Shown piece by piece: positions 44,749 to 59,969 of a stretch of 64,000 nucleotides of DNA (position 1 is its first letter; every line of letters begins with the position of its first letter). Source of the stretch: Balanoglossus misakiensis (lineage: Eukaryota; Animalia; Hemichordata); NCBI GenBank assembly GCA_040954595.2, contig CM082582.2, forward strand, positions 9,477,483 to 9,541,482. The letters run 5' to 3'. The notes under the pieces are model-generated. The model had not been told where the DNA came from and did not search any database. It saw nothing but the letters and a program-made list of their open reading frames with translations. A program made the translations under genes and the position numbers.

Positions 44749-47700
44749 GGTAGCATTTTAATCTATTTGACTGAGAAGTCGCCCGTCATTTACTTCTGTC
44801 GCTAAAACGAGACCCCATTTGGAAAGAGTATCAGTAGCGAGGGGGTGGTGATACACACTTGTCTTTTGGGCTATTTACGGCCAACTGACAAACAGGCAGA
44901 CAGATTTCCTCCATTTAAGATAATGAAATTGTTCTCCTGGATAATGAGATTGCGACAAAAAGCAACATCAAGTATCACAAACACAAAGAGGGCAGGCCAA
45001 GCGAAGGGTGAAAGAGAGAAATCACAAAACGCGAGCCGTGCACCCACGATCGACTGACATCTCAAGTCATCATGTCACACAGCCGTTACCAGATCAGACT
45101 TCACATCATCAGCTCATTAATCCAATTACATCTTTCGAGAAAATTCTCAGCTAAAAAAACTCTCTCCTGTGAGAGCTTGTTGGGGGAGGGGATTTATAAA
45201 CTACACAATAAGATAGGCATGAAACAATATCACTGCAACTAACTACAGTCAGATATTCCTCTAGCAAACAGATCATTGAATCAGTCGTCGTGCTGACCTG
45301 GAAGAACCGTGTTTTAATTATGACTGACTCCTCCAAACCTGATCAGAAATATCACATATGGCAAAATGGTTATAATTCCAGGCATTCTCATACCCTACAA
45401 GTCCACACACGCCCAAGCATCTGCGCCATATTTATACACCGTTTTAAGACACTCAAGCATTTTTGAGCCCTGCGAAAAAAATTCCACTTCTCCGGCTCAA
45501 ACACGCACAAAATTGCAAAATTTTCATTAAAAAAAATTATTGAGCAATTAAGATGAATAACTTCCCCTATTGCAGTTTTTATGTCCGTGTCCAGTGTCAC
45601 TAAAACTAGAAATATGATGAAAATCTTTGTAGCGATGAAGAAATGAAAAATTAAAGCAGTGCGCAGAGACACATAAAATTTTCACAGCTCGGCTTAAGCA
45701 TTCCTGGCGCATTAAAGTTTCGCTAAACATGCATACGCCGTGAAGCAGCTGAAATAATCATAATTTTAACTGCTTTGTTGTTCGATGTAGTCTTTGGAGG
45801 AAAAAAATTTACAAGCAGGGATATTCTTTTAACAACTCTGGACAGGAGAGGCGATTAGCGAAGCCGCTCTCTCTCAATTTAGGAGATCCAAAAAAAAACC
45901 AGGAGCCCCGCTCGATCGAGTCACGGATATTCAGACATCCCTGCAGACAAAAGGCAGCTATGAGAATCATGAAACGAAAACCGATTCTGACGTAGTTTTC
46001 AATCATTTCGGCCCCACTCCACAGTATCACCCTCGCTTTTCTATCATACTTGATCAGGTAGAGCATACATTTTGCATGGCCTTAATCAGAGAGCTAGTCC
46101 GGGTGAAAAAAAAAAAGAGCGGGCACTCACCGCGTCAAAATTACCATCCCTCGGTCTCGGTCAGCAACTTTGAAGCCGTCAAAAGGGGGCTGGCTAATGA
46201 ATATGTTTACTCGTGGATCTGTAGGGCTGACTTTTTTTTAGTAATCGCAATAAACGTTCAAACGCGTGCCATCTAATTTTCTGCATGGGCGCTTGGCAAA
46301 AGAAAAGATGAGCCCCTCATAAAATCTTGACTTTTTTATGTTACATAGTCATTGGAAAATTAAATGTCGAAAACGGGAAGAGATTATTTTGCGACTGATG
46401 TCCATTGCAGTGCTGTGATTAATTGCTATTGTGGGGGTAGGGGCGAGATGAGGATGAGAGAGAGAGTGAGAGAGAGACGAAAACAAGAGAAAATGCACAA
46501 CTGAAGTAGCGAAGACTGTCAAAGATCAATTAGGGAGGGCCTGTTTGTTTATGTACTAGTCAGGGAGTTGATGTACCTTAAAGGGTATGCATTTCATCAG
46601 TATTCGCAACTCGGCATGCTGGAGCGCTCAGGGGGCTTATCGAGGCCCAGAAAACTCAAGTGACTGGAAAAATAAATAAATAAACAAACAAACAAAAAAC
46701 AACAGCATCATGTAATGAGCTTGAAAACAAAATAAAACCGAGTGATGAGGTGGGATCGGCGGTAGTTGCAGAAACAAGTTCCAGGTTGTGAAGGGAGTGA
46801 ATCCGAGATGGGGAATAGTGCGGGCTGGCCGGCCGTGTCTTTATTAATACATTTGACAAGACCAGTTTGACTTGACATCAATCACTGTCATCCGGAGCGC
46901 AGCTTTGATAGTGTCGTGCGACAGCCGTGATTTGACTCGGGTTCAACGTGTTAACCAAACCATTCAGAATAAAAAGACACTTAGCCCTGAGAACTAACGT
47001 TAGATATACACACGTTTCAGTACGTTTTTCCTCGGCCTTACACAGGGGAGCACTGGCGGAGGCAGGCTAGAAGCACAGGCAGCTGTAACCAGCCACCCCA
47101 CAACACTATCCATCTCAGTCACGTTCATCATATGCGGTCACATGACTCACGGGATCGGCCAATCAGGGCACTGGTAAGAGAAATACTTTGACATATTCTT
47201 TTTCTTTATAAACTAGGAGTCACAATGAATAGGTGGATGTATGTTAGCTCATTGTTGCCCCATATCAAGGATTTTTAGGAGAAAATACACAACTTAAAGA
47301 CACATTTTTGGCCTGTACATCAAAGCTTGCAAACTACTCTTAGCATTGAGAACATTTAATAATGGGGCAAGATTCAAACATGGGGAAGTTTTAACATTTC
47401 ACGGCAACAACTAGAAGTTTTGTCATAGCGTCTGTTCATATCTTTAATTGCCTTCATCTGTAACTCTCCGCATAATTAATGGTGCATACCTAAAAATGTG
47501 CCATTCAAGATCAACGCATGCGTGATGTGCACAGAAGTGTAACAACGATTAAAACGATTACCGGTACAGTGTATTTCAGTAACACAACATTACTTCTCAA
47601 ATGAAACGAAAAAAGGAAGGCTAAGCAACAAAAGCACATGGGGATTAGACTGAAATTAAAAAACAAAATCACAGAATCACACGAGGTCAACAAATGAGCT

Positions 47701-50700
47701 CAGAAGAATGTCATCACTATCTTATTAAAGAAGTATCATCACAACTTCATACTGTTTTAGATAAATTTAAGACATGCATCATTATACACAAAACTGGAAA
47801 AATAATTTTGTCCCGAAAACATGTGTCGATAAACTACAGGGAAATGTAGTCGAACTTGACTACAGCCCTGTGCTGAGAACAGAATTAGACCCCTGTACTT
47901 GAAAGTCAAGTATAGAACTTTTTGCGTCAACTTATTATTAACAACCGATAGGATTCCAGGAATGCTTTATATGCCACCATGCAGCAAGATTCCGGCCAAT
48001 TACAGCCGGCATGCCGCGGACGGAAGCATTAATAAAGATATTCCGGAATGAGTTCATATTTTGCAAGGCTATCCTGGAGGATGCACGCGTTCGGTAACGG
48101 GAGACGCATTCTCGTCCGGTTTGTTAGACTTTCCAAACGCCCGAGGCAATCTTCGAATTAAAGTACTATGCAAATTGATTTTTAGAAACAGCAGCAACAG
48201 TCCAGGGGTCTTAATGACCCCGGCACAAAATTAAAACCTGTTTTTTTATTTCTTAGCAACTTTGAAACTGAAGACATCGACGAGATTAAACGTGTCATGC
48301 TATTTATCACCAGATTGCTTCACTTTCTTCCCTGATCATGCATGTCTGTCTTTGTGCGCTCGTTTGAAATTAACTCTATTTGTGATCCCCGACAGACACT
48401 TGGTTCATCCTGACATTTCAATATAATTAACACCTTCATGATTCATGCCCGAGTTGGCAGCCAAAATGCCAGAGACGGGATTTCTTTGAAAAATGCTTCC
48501 TTGCAGAACCTCTGGTAACCATACAAACTTTACTGAAAGTACTTTATTAAAAGCTGTGTGGAACTTTATTTTACTGTAGAAGCACTTGATAATGTCATTG
48601 CAGCTGAACAGAAATCAGGTGTAATTTTCTTTTGTATACTTCTTCCCTACATCAAAGTTACAACTTGGTATATTAAACCCCCCTTCAAAACAACTGAGTG
48701 TAAACTTTTTTCTCTAGTTTAAATATTTTTCTCTACACCAAAGTTACAACTTAGGTGATGTTGCCAGCTGATGCATTCCAGTTGTGGCAAAAAAATCTGA
48801 TACATGCACTGGCTTCATCTGATCTTGTATCAATTTTATCAAAATATCCGGTCAAAATGTCATTTCGGAAAGACGACGCCCGAGAAGTATTCCAACCTCC
48901 ACTCGTCACGTAAATCAGCCGGGACAGCCCAATAATCAATCCTGGTATTAATTTCAGAAGAGTATGTCCATCATTTTCTGCGACTATACAGGACCCTCCA
49001 CTGTTTTTGCACGGTTTCCACCAACCGACTTGATTGACAACCGTTTATTGTTACTCGACACGCTTGTTTATCTTGAAATATCTCTAGATGATGCGTCTGC
49101 CTATCCATCGATCAGCCCCCGTTTTTTTTTTCCATCTCGCCATTTTATCAATCATTCTGACAGTGTATACAGTCAGCTAGCTCACAGGGTGCATCTTGTC
49201 TGTATATCTCTGTCTGTGACGCTATCTTTCTTAAAATAACCTTACATCGATTACTGTACTGAGTTCCACTTCTGGGTGGCTGATGAGTGCATGAATGTCA
49301 AAAATAATAATTATTTCAGAATTTCTCAAAAACTGATATCAAGTGGATTGTTTGATCAAAATCAGCCTGGTTTAGTCAAAAAATAGAAATGAGAGATAAG
49401 AAAATAACAAATGATACTGACGATCAAGCAGGTATATTGTCCTAAAAGATTGCAACACTAAACCAGTTTGTCATTCCCAAACATTATAACTACCCCCCTC
49501 CCATTATAACTTTGGCTGGACCCTTCATTTCAGAAACAATCTGCAGGCCAACAGCGTTGTATCAACATCGATACATTTGCACACAGTCGGGGACCTGACC
49601 CAACACCAACAGGCCAAAAAGCAGCACCCAAAATGGCGCCTCTCGATTCTTGTTCCTCCCAATGCGCGGCATAAACAGAAACCGCACGTGTCGGCGATGC
49701 ACCGGAGGAATTTCATACGGCTGCGTACACAAATCGAGTCTTGTTATTTCTTAATATTTCGATGCATTAAAGCCCTGCCACTACCTGCTGACTCAATTAT
49801 GCGGCAAATATGTCAGGCACGTGTCTCCCGTTATCACCAATATTTGATATGGCTGCCAGCGTCTACGTTTGCAGAGACGGACGGACATTTAATACAACCG
49901 ACAGAGTTGCGATCAAGTCACTCCAGCTTCTGCTGGCCGTCATCAGATACACGGTAGCCAGCAGACACTTCATTACAATCTCAGGACAGTCTTATGATTT
50001 ATCGGTGGAGTGTCGTCAAACATGAAATGCATCTGCCGACCTTGAAATTCTGACAGGAGTAAAAAAAGCAACGCCCCCGACAAGTGTACGTTAGATTCAC
50101 AATGATTTCATTTCAGTCTAAAAAAATGTTCTGTCATTTCTCACGTATACGTATACTGACTTGTAAAAAGTTTAGAGAATTTGTTTATATTTCAGAAGAG
50201 TTGGAACGACAATCAACAACTTTCGCCCTACTGTCAGGTACAGCCACGTTATTTTAACAATGTGGAAAAATGGTAACACAACACAAAGGCTTGTCCAACT
50301 AATTTGCAAGGCTAAAACGAGCTACTTTGTATATAAATTGTAGCAAGATTATTATGAGCAAGGTCAACCGGCACCGTTTTGCTATAAAAACGATTAACAA
50401 TATGAACCAATCATGATTGTGGTTGTACTAGATACATTTTATGCATGTATATAGTGCGCGCAATTCTGTCACCTTAATTGAGAAATTTGATGAAAAAATT
50501 AATATACTCTCAGACGGATTGCAATCTAAGCTTTGCAAAGGAGTCAATAATACTCATGTCATAATTATGATTTCACATCGTAAAATAAACGTTCAACCTT
50601 AACTCTGCTTTACGTTTATACAGTGATTTGAAAAATAGAAATTCACACTGTTCTGTCTTTTCTGGAAAGAATCTGATCTGCTGGATGGTAGAAAAAAAAA

Positions 50701-53700
50701 GATGTAGACTTAGAAAAATGGATTTTGGATAGAGTTACTGAAAACATATGCCTAGGTGACCCAACAACAAGCCAAATAGACATATCCCACATTGTAAACA
50801 CTAGAATCAAACTAAATATTCCTCAGGGACTAGTTAAAAAACAAGGTTGAAACACTAGGAGAGCGAGACAAAAGTGAGCAATATTTCATCATTTTTTTAT
50901 TTCCTAGGAACACTTTTGACCCAAGGGACATGTTTGCGTTTTATGAGAGTCAAATCTGTGGCCCTGCTCCTTAGTCAAGTTCAAAGCTGTCGGCTAATAT
51001 AGCAATTTGATATGCGAAACTGTCACATCAAAATTTACGACGGAACTGCCCTGACAAAGAAATCCTATACTTGACCCCAAATATTATTAACTCTTTATAA
51101 ATGTGTGTGTACACAGCCTGTAGAGATAAGACTCCTCAATTCCCTATAGAAATGCCGCGAATACAATATTTTCAGCGGTGCCATAATCCCATTTTCGTTT
51201 GATGAAATAATTTCCCCTCCACGTCTGCCTGAGCTGCAAAGTGGCAATCAGACCGTAAGCAATTGATTAGTCACGTGTTTGCCCACCTATTAAAGCAAAC
51301 TCTAAATATTTTCAAAGGGATATCCCTTAACAAGGAAAACTTGTCTTCGGGGCAGAGTCTGTTTGCCCAAGGAGTGAAGTGAGCACCGGGCTCAGTTTAC
51401 CTGGTCAATCGGGGTCAACAATAATGCTCTAATATAGCCGCGCGTTTATCCTCGCACTTTCAATATTTTCCCCCGTTCAGACAGCGAAGCTGCAGATTTC
51501 ACGTCAGAGTTTTCACTCACGTCTGAAATTAATTTCGAAGGAAAGTAAAAAAAAAAATACGAGTGGCATGCCTGCGACAAATCAAAGTGAAATTTAATGA
51601 AAAAGGTCTGATAAACGTATCATATAACTATATTTAGTGAAAAGTACAAACAGTTACAAAGACAGCGATTACGCAAATACTTTAAGACGGTTTCAAGCTT
51701 ACACTTAACTCGTATTCACGGTGATGGCATTTTTTTGTATGAAGTACTGACGAGTGGGCGTTATTAACAGATGGGAGAGAGAGAGAGAGAGCGAGAGTGC
51801 CTATCTCGCTTATTTGTATTCACTGACGAAAATACATATCGTACATTTGCTTATTAGCCCCATATTGAGGATATATGCAATTTGAGAGCCGTAGCCACAG
51901 TGGGTTGATGAGCGTATCAGCTCTGAGTGCAGCCAGCTTCATAAAGCTAATATCAGAGAAGCCTGAATGAAATGAGCTTGGGTGAGAGAAAGGCTCTCTC
52001 GCTCAACAATGGGAGATGAGAGGAGAGAGAGAGAAAAAAAAACACACGAGATGAGCTCATTCCCCCCAAAATACATTTTCAGTGAATTTCAGATCAATTT
52101 TAATCCTGTTATGAGCAGCACAATGACTGGAGTCACAGCCTTTTACGCGACTCCCAGCGTCAGAAGAAGGCATCAAATCTCAATCACGTCACTCTACCCT
52201 GTTGACAAGTACCTTCTATTTGGATGAGTTTTTTTCTCCCCTTCTCTCCTCCGCATTGCAAATCGCAGTCTGCAGTTTCAAGTGAAGGCAAGTGTATCAG
52301 AAAGAGAGGGAAAAAAGTAAGAAGCTTGCATAATTATTAAGTGGTTTCACAACTTAAAAATTGATATTTTGACAAATGTATAGAGCTAGAGTATTTGATT
52401 GCCTAACATTAAAAATCAAAGTGGCTGGTCTTTCTCTTAGCCGGTGTATAATGATTGCAGAACAAAAGTTGAATGCGTCAAGGGAATGCTAATCACATTG
52501 AACCTTGACATTAACTCATGCATTTTGCATTTTCCCGCCAAAACTCGACTTCTCTCAAAATAACCAAACTTTCAAGATTTTTTTCTCCCCGCTGCTATGG
52601 AAATTTGTTATAATTTCTCCCCAAATTGAATGTTTACACGCTGTTCCAAAATTGGACAGCGCGCACTAAGCAGGAATCCATTTTCCGGAAAAGCGGCAAA
52701 AGTTGATGACGACAGCGCTGAGATGTAAATCTCAGGCAGACTTAATGTTATCTTGGGATTAAAACTTGCTCCGTTCCTCGCTGTTTCTTCATTAAATCTT
52801 ATCTCTGGCAGGGCGCAATAATCAAGACATGATAAATGCTAAAAACAAAGAAAATGGGCATATTCTTTATGAATAATACAAAATGGCTGGGAGCGCGGTG
52901 GGGATAAAAGCCTTCTCTGCGATGCAGGACAAATCTAGCTGCGGGGAATTGGCGATGAAGTGAATATCTGTTTAGAGCAGCAAAAATTGCCCGCGTACAC
53001 AGTGCAAAATCAAGAAAATCAACACTTTAAGGAGCGTTATTTTTATCAAACAGGTTCAGGGATTATCAATCTGAATGTGAAATCTCGTTCAAAAGTATTT
53101 TCACCTCTCATGTTAAGGCAAGTGCTGGTGAATATTTTGTCTGGAAGATAAAAACACTAATGGATTTTGTATAGGTCCACAATTCTGGCTCACATCATAA
53201 AACGTATTTTTTACAGTTTACATGTTTTCAATTATTGTCCGTAAAACATACTTTTGAAAATTAAAGTTCATTTTCTTTACAAATTATGGGTAGTTCATCC
53301 CATACTTTGAGAGAGCAAGTTTGGGTTTGGATAGGGGAGGGGGTCTGGCATCAATATCAAAAGTTTCACAAATGTGCCATAAATCATAGTAATGATTTAC
53401 ATTTGTATCAAGTGCAAGGGCTGAGTATAAAGATGAGAATTTCAGAGGAGGAGACCAAAATATGGAAGAAATCACCAAAAGTATCAAAGGAAACAATGAG
53501 GGGTTAAGTAGAGTCAATTCGCGAAGTGAGAAAGGTCAGACGCACAGTCAAATCTTGAAATTTAAGATACTCCTAATCAGCACTCTGAAATGAACAACGC
53601 AGTAATACCCCCCGACTTCAATAAAATTTCGGCTGAAATTTTCATTAGCAAGCCTAGTGCCTGCAGGAGGAATCAATGTCAGTACATATGCACTGCATCT

Positions 53701-56700
53701 TCCTGTCTCTGTCACCGGGAAGAAAAAAAATACCCACAGCGTATAGTGGGTCCACTCCCTAATGTATTTTCCCCTTATGAAATGCTAAGTAATTTGAGAT
53801 CGACGGCAAATCGGTATTCCGAGCGCGTTCTCTCTCCGCCGACTGATATTTGAGCAAAACTGCAGAAGGAACACGGTAAAGGGGTCTTGAAATGAAATTA
53901 TGTCTTGTCAACTTACAGGGAGCCAGCGAGAGAGTGAGTGAGAGGGAAAAAAAAATAATGTTACATGTAACTGCGCTGGGGAAAAAAATTACCCCGTGTA
54001 TATAAGGCAGTTGAGTCGGGATTGATTGCAAATTTTCCCCGCTAACAACCGGTTGCGCTTTCCCGGCAATAGTGGATTATTTTTTACTCATATAGCTTTC
54101 TAAATTACTTTTATTTTTCCTGTACTTGCAGCCACTCAGTCCAGATCTTCGCTTATCGAATGTTTGCTACAGAGAAGGAGGCAGCTGGAACACTTTATTG
54201 GGAAGTAAAGTGAATACTCTCAGTTGTGATTGGACAGAAAAGAAATCTGTTACATCTGGTCATTGGCCAATCATGGACTGTTTTATGACATATCTTCATA
54301 TTTTCATCAATCATAACCTATTTTATAACAACCTTCATTTTACTATTTCTTCACGTGAGTAAATGTGCTAAAACTACATGTAGACAGAAACTTCCAAGAT
54401 GAGCTTTTATTCCTGAAATTTGAGGAGTTCATGATTTTTTCACTGATATACTTCAGTTAACTTTCAGTGAATTGTCTTTTTTATGAGCAAAGATCATTAT
54501 TTTTGGCCAAATTGTTGTCGAAGCAGCAACAAGACTTAAATCTGAGACAAAAGAAAAAATTACTGTCATCCAAAATTTCACTTTTTCAGTTTGAACAGTT
54601 TGCGCAAATCTCACCACCATATAAAACCGATCGTTCAGATTTTACAACTTCTTTCTGGGGACCAAAATCTGTGTTCCGCGGTAATGGAGCGAAACGACCG
54701 TGGCTTTACAAGTTCAGTTACCATGGCGCAGGCATAACACTCATAAATATTCATAATAAGTAATTAGAATATAATCATATTTTTTTGCTTCATGCCTGGA
54801 AGGCAGGTTTGCAGTGGGCACGCTGGCTCCATCAATAGTATCCGTCATTTTAGGAATGATTACCAGCGCAAATAGAGCCACGAGAAAAATAGGAAAACAC
54901 TAAATACTTTGACACAGCTCATTCACTATTCCACCTGTGCTCGAAATAGTAAAACAATTTTGAACCGCAACTTCAGAGTTTATTTTTGTTGCCGTCATAA
55001 ATTGATCACTTAGGCTCATTTTTCGTGGAATACGTCGATACAACATTTTTATTGCTGGATTTATTTTCATTACTTTATCAATTAATGTGATTTCTGGTGT
55101 GCTCCAGACAAAATGCTTTGTCAGAAATCAATTTTTCCTCTCTGAAAAAAAATTGATGAGTGAAATGTTGACATGGAAGTGAAGTTCAAACTAGGTGTAA
55201 TCAAAATGAATGATTTGATTAGGAAAAAGGTGCTGAAATTCGTGGCAGAGGCCATGTTCGTTCGACATCTCGGTGACTCCGCACACCTGCCTGACAACCG
55301 TTGCCAGGCAACCGACAGTTGGGCAAAACTCTCCTTAATTCGCCATTAGCGTTGGATCCATCAATCACACCAATACACAATCCAAATTATTTGATCTCTT
55401 ACCAAGCAAACTGGCCTTCATGAACTCGAATATAGCAAAATGATCGGGCACTGACGGGCGTAGCGACTTTTCGTCTCCACTCCCGCCACCCCCTGGGGTT
55501 AGAGGCTCCTTAGAAGCTCAATGATGCTTAGTTGAAAACTGTGACAGCGGAGCGGCTCGCTCCCCGTTATTCTCTCTCATTAGGGTGTCTTATAAGATTT
55601 AAAACGCGTGCGTCTACATCCCCCCAAAACGCACGGATGATTGGGCAACCAGTCGGTGCGGTGAGCCTCGCCTCGCGCCCCCTGATTGCTTCAGCTCCCG
55701 CTAAAACTTTTGACACCAGTGACACGGGAGTAACAAGTCTGTAATTGCTACATTTGTCGGCGCAAACACAGGGGTCATCGACCTTACATTGTTCAATTAT
55801 TGGTTACACTACCGTTTTTTTTTCCAGTGGCGACGGCTGCCGAGCCCGGAGTTTATCCTTCCCTTGCCCGGGCGAATCACGGAGAAGTCACCCGGGCACC
55901 GATATCCATTTCACCGCCTTCCTCATATTTCTCATTGCAAAAGTCCAGAAAAAACACGGGAAAATTGTTTTATTGCAAATGAAGTAAGGGATATGCGGGG
56001 AGCGACACGCTCTGATCAAACAGGTACACCAGAGTACATTTGAACACGCTGCCAAAACAAACCCGGTGCATTTGCAGCTTGCAAACGAAATTCCTCTTTT
56101 TTTCATCGCTCGTGACAACTCTAATCTTTAGAAATTTATGAACTTGAAACCAGGAGACTAACAGTGACATCTAACCCCCAAAGTGACAAAACATAACTAG
56201 GAACGATGTCTTCCCAAACACAATCAATCATGTCCTGAAACAGGTGCACCATTATCAATTTCCTTTTTTCACCTTTTTTATGACACCACCTTAATTTCTC
56301 TTTCTTTTACAAACCAACATTTCACTAGTTCATTCAGTACATGCTGATAGAGTTAGTGCAAAAGTAGTAGAATACATGGATTTCTATTTGATGATCAAGT
56401 TCATGGTCAAATTTATACACTAAAAGAATATTAAACACAGTATTAAAGGGACTCCATGGTAAATTTCAACTTCAAGAGTCAAAATTGAAGTTACAATTTT
56501 ACACATTTAATATAACATGCCACTCTGTTTCAAATTATAGTTATTTTTATGACATCAACTATGTATAGTTGTATTGTTTAACTATTATGGCATTATTCAT
56601 AATTTTTTTCTTGTAGTTCATATGATTTTTGTATATGATTTTTTTATTAACTCATTTAATTACCTACTTACTTCTGCAATAAAAGAGAGCATTCTCCTAA

Positions 56701-59700
56701 AATGTTTGAACATCAGAGACCTTTCAATTTTTAAACGGGGAGAGCTATTCATTCAAAGAACACTGACCCAAAAGGGACTCGGGTAAATACACACAGAGAT
56801 CACTGATCACGGTTTATATTTGTGAAAAGTGCAATTTTGAATAAACGATGCTGCGTGCTGCCATGAATGTTTAACAGCCCCCAAACGCCGCGTTTTGCAG
56901 GGATGATGGATAACACTCGAAATTGTGTACAGAATTTGATCAAAGTTTGTTTGTCCAAGTTTTTGATGAATCCTAATTTGTTTTTCCACTTCACGTCAAG
57001 TTTTTTATATTCTATCTTGATGATGTATATCCATCGCCATGGCGATTCCGCTCATCCAATCTGCCAGGGATTCAAACAGAGTCACCAGGGAAATGCTTGA
57101 TTCCGTCTCTACACAAGGTACGCCAGCAATGTTTTATGGAAATGGCTTACGTCTTGAACTAGGTGGTTTAGGCAAGGTAAATGAAGCCAAATGCCAATTT
57201 TCTGAAAACTAAATTCAGATGAAACTGCATGGTATTTTTAAAGACATAGAATTTCATATCAGCGTCACTCAAAGATTTTCTCCCAGAATTCCTTGTCCAA
57301 CTCAGGCACACCCCCCCCTCTCTCTCTCTCTCACTCACTCACTCACTCGCTCATTCTAACTCACTCGCGGTTTCCAAACTTTCTTAAGTTTTTGTGGTTG
57401 TCAATATTTGAGGAAGTACAAAATTCCCTTTAATACACAGATGGGACCTGCTTTTACCTACTCAGAGAGACTCCTCACATTCTGGACTGGAATTTCACCA
57501 CCTTGTCGAAAACAGCCAAGAGATCCCAAGCAAAGACACAGCAAATCAAATCTCAGACATTTCAACAGAAAACAAAAAAAGGGCAATTTATGGCCACTTT
57601 GACGATCTCCTTGCCTTCTGATGTGACGTTGTATTTTTTTGTGTGTGTGCGTTAGAAATGTTGATTAAATTTCAGCTGCAGTAGCTTGTACGAGAGGTTT
57701 TTATTAAACCCCTTTTTCTGAGTTAATCTGTTTGAGTAGCAACAGAGCTGTTTATGAGTAATATTGTTCTGTATATTAGTAAGAAAATATCAGAGAGAGA
57801 GGGCTGTCATGCACCGGGCCATTACACACGACTTGATAAGCCCCATAAGAGGCAATAATGAGTGGCATGTTAAGTGGGTGGAAGGCACCGCTGCTTGCCT
57901 CAATAATTTAATAAAATGTGTGTATATATATGCATGTATATATATTTGCCGGTGAAATGTTGCAGATTTGAGCCAGGGAGCTCAGAGTGATGATGATCTT
58001 GTTGCACATAACCTGACAAAAGTGGTGACAGTTAACGTCTGGAATGGAGAAGTACCCCCCCCCCCCCCCCACCCACCATGCACCACCACCACACCTCCTT
58101 AAATGCACAGAAGCTACGTGAACAGAACTCTTCCCCTTTTAACCTTATTGTGATTATTTCTCCTGGTGACACGACGCCTTGGGCTTTAACCCGCGATCAC
58201 TCCCTGTTCATAAAGTGTACTGCTTTCACCTCCCAGTCATCGCGTCTCTACAACCAGTCAACCCCAATCATTTTTCCTCCTATATTTATTTCATAATCGG
58301 CGCGAAGGTGCGTGAACCAGTCGCGCGTGCACCCAGGGAGCAAAAGTCCTCGCTTTAAAGGGCCACCTCGCGTATGTCTGCCGTCTGGCGAATTACTATC
58401 ATCAGATTTACCGGCTTCTGTTTTATTTTTAAGTTGCTGCGGGGTGGGAAAAAAATATATGGACCTGTTGCTCTGTCATCACTTTTTTTGGACGGCTCGA
58501 TTTTTCATTCCTGGCTGTCAGCTGCGATGGAAGTGCCTGATACCTGTTTGTGTATTCAGGATGGGTTTTCAGGGGACAGAGCATGAGGACAACTCTTTGT
58601 TTTTTCTCTCTCCCTCTCTCTCTTGACTGTAGTATTCATATCACACCGGCCACGGCGGTCATTATCAAGTTGAGCATTGATTTACGAGCGTCAGCCGCCA
58701 GCGACGCATGCACAAACTGCAAATTTATGGAGATGTCATTGTGTGTGTGCCGGATGGATGTGGTGTGGAAAGTGAACAAAATGTCTCGTACTTGAAGAAA
58801 GACAAAAAAATGATCACAAAATGCTTTGATATAGTTCATTTGTCTTTACATTTGTTGTCCCATTCCCACACATCCAAAACCGACGCACAAGGTACACACA
58901 CGCACGCACTCTCGCGCACGCGCACACACAAATAAGAACAAAATCCCACGAACACACCCCGGAATCGTGTTGGCCGTATTACGGTCCCAAGCGGCCGCAA
59001 ATCTGACACAATACATCCCCAGTACAAATATCCATTTGAAAATAACATGGCCACATCCCCAATTATGAGCCACCCGGCAAACTGTACTCCATGTCCGTGC
59101 ATATGCTATTACGTTTATTCCCATCATTACGGCAGATATTAGCCCATTCCCCCCGACATAAAACTCTTAAGTTATGTATGTGCTCCCCCAGGAGCGGGCA
59201 TTAAAGAAAAGAAAATCACAGCCCCGGCCATCCTCTCCACGTTGATGTGCTCAGAATATAATATTCCCCTATTATGGATATTTATATAGCGAGATACTTG
59301 CCCAGCAGAGGGAAACCACTTGAGGGGATATAGGCAGTCAATGCGTCGAGCTGTCAGAAGCCATGAAACTGTTTTCATATACATATATGGGATTAAATGC
59401 GGGGCTAAGTGGGTTGACAGAAAGAGGAAGTCAGATAATAACATCACTGAAAACATATTTAATGTACACATGTCTATACCGGATGCTATTGCTATCCCCG
59501 GGAACAAAAAAACAACAAAAAAAATGCAATTACGGGTAAAGCGGAGTTCAAGAGGCCTGCCAAGGCTTAGGTTTCCAGCCTCTGGGAGAGGCAGAGTGAA
59601 AGTCTACATATAACTTGGTAATTTCATAACTCCTATCTCTGCCTGCGGTGCTACACGGAGACACACACACAGAGTTAACTCGTCGGGCCAGCCGCTGCGT

Positions 59701-59952
59701 CTAGCATTTTGATGCCCGCGCACCACCAGGGCAATTTAAGCTGCCAAAAGGTCAATTGTTAATTGTTGCCTGATGGTGGATTAATGGAACCATCCATACA
59801 ATTCTTTCTACATCAGGGAGTTTAGACATTCAAGACCCCCAACCTGAATACAGAATTGTAACTGAGCTCATCACCGCTGTGCCATCACAGATACGAAAAA
59901 AAAAAAAAAAATCAGTCTCGGGACAAGACGGGAATCCTCGGCACATTGCAGA

Positions 59953-59969
59953 CAGCGCCCCCTGTAGTC
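59953..59969 (-). promoter_or_regulatory. CTCF-like motif (reverse)
   Basis: Minus strand reads GACTACAGGGGGCGCTG: perfect CAGGGGGCGC core, imperfect 5' part. Confidence 0.3.
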
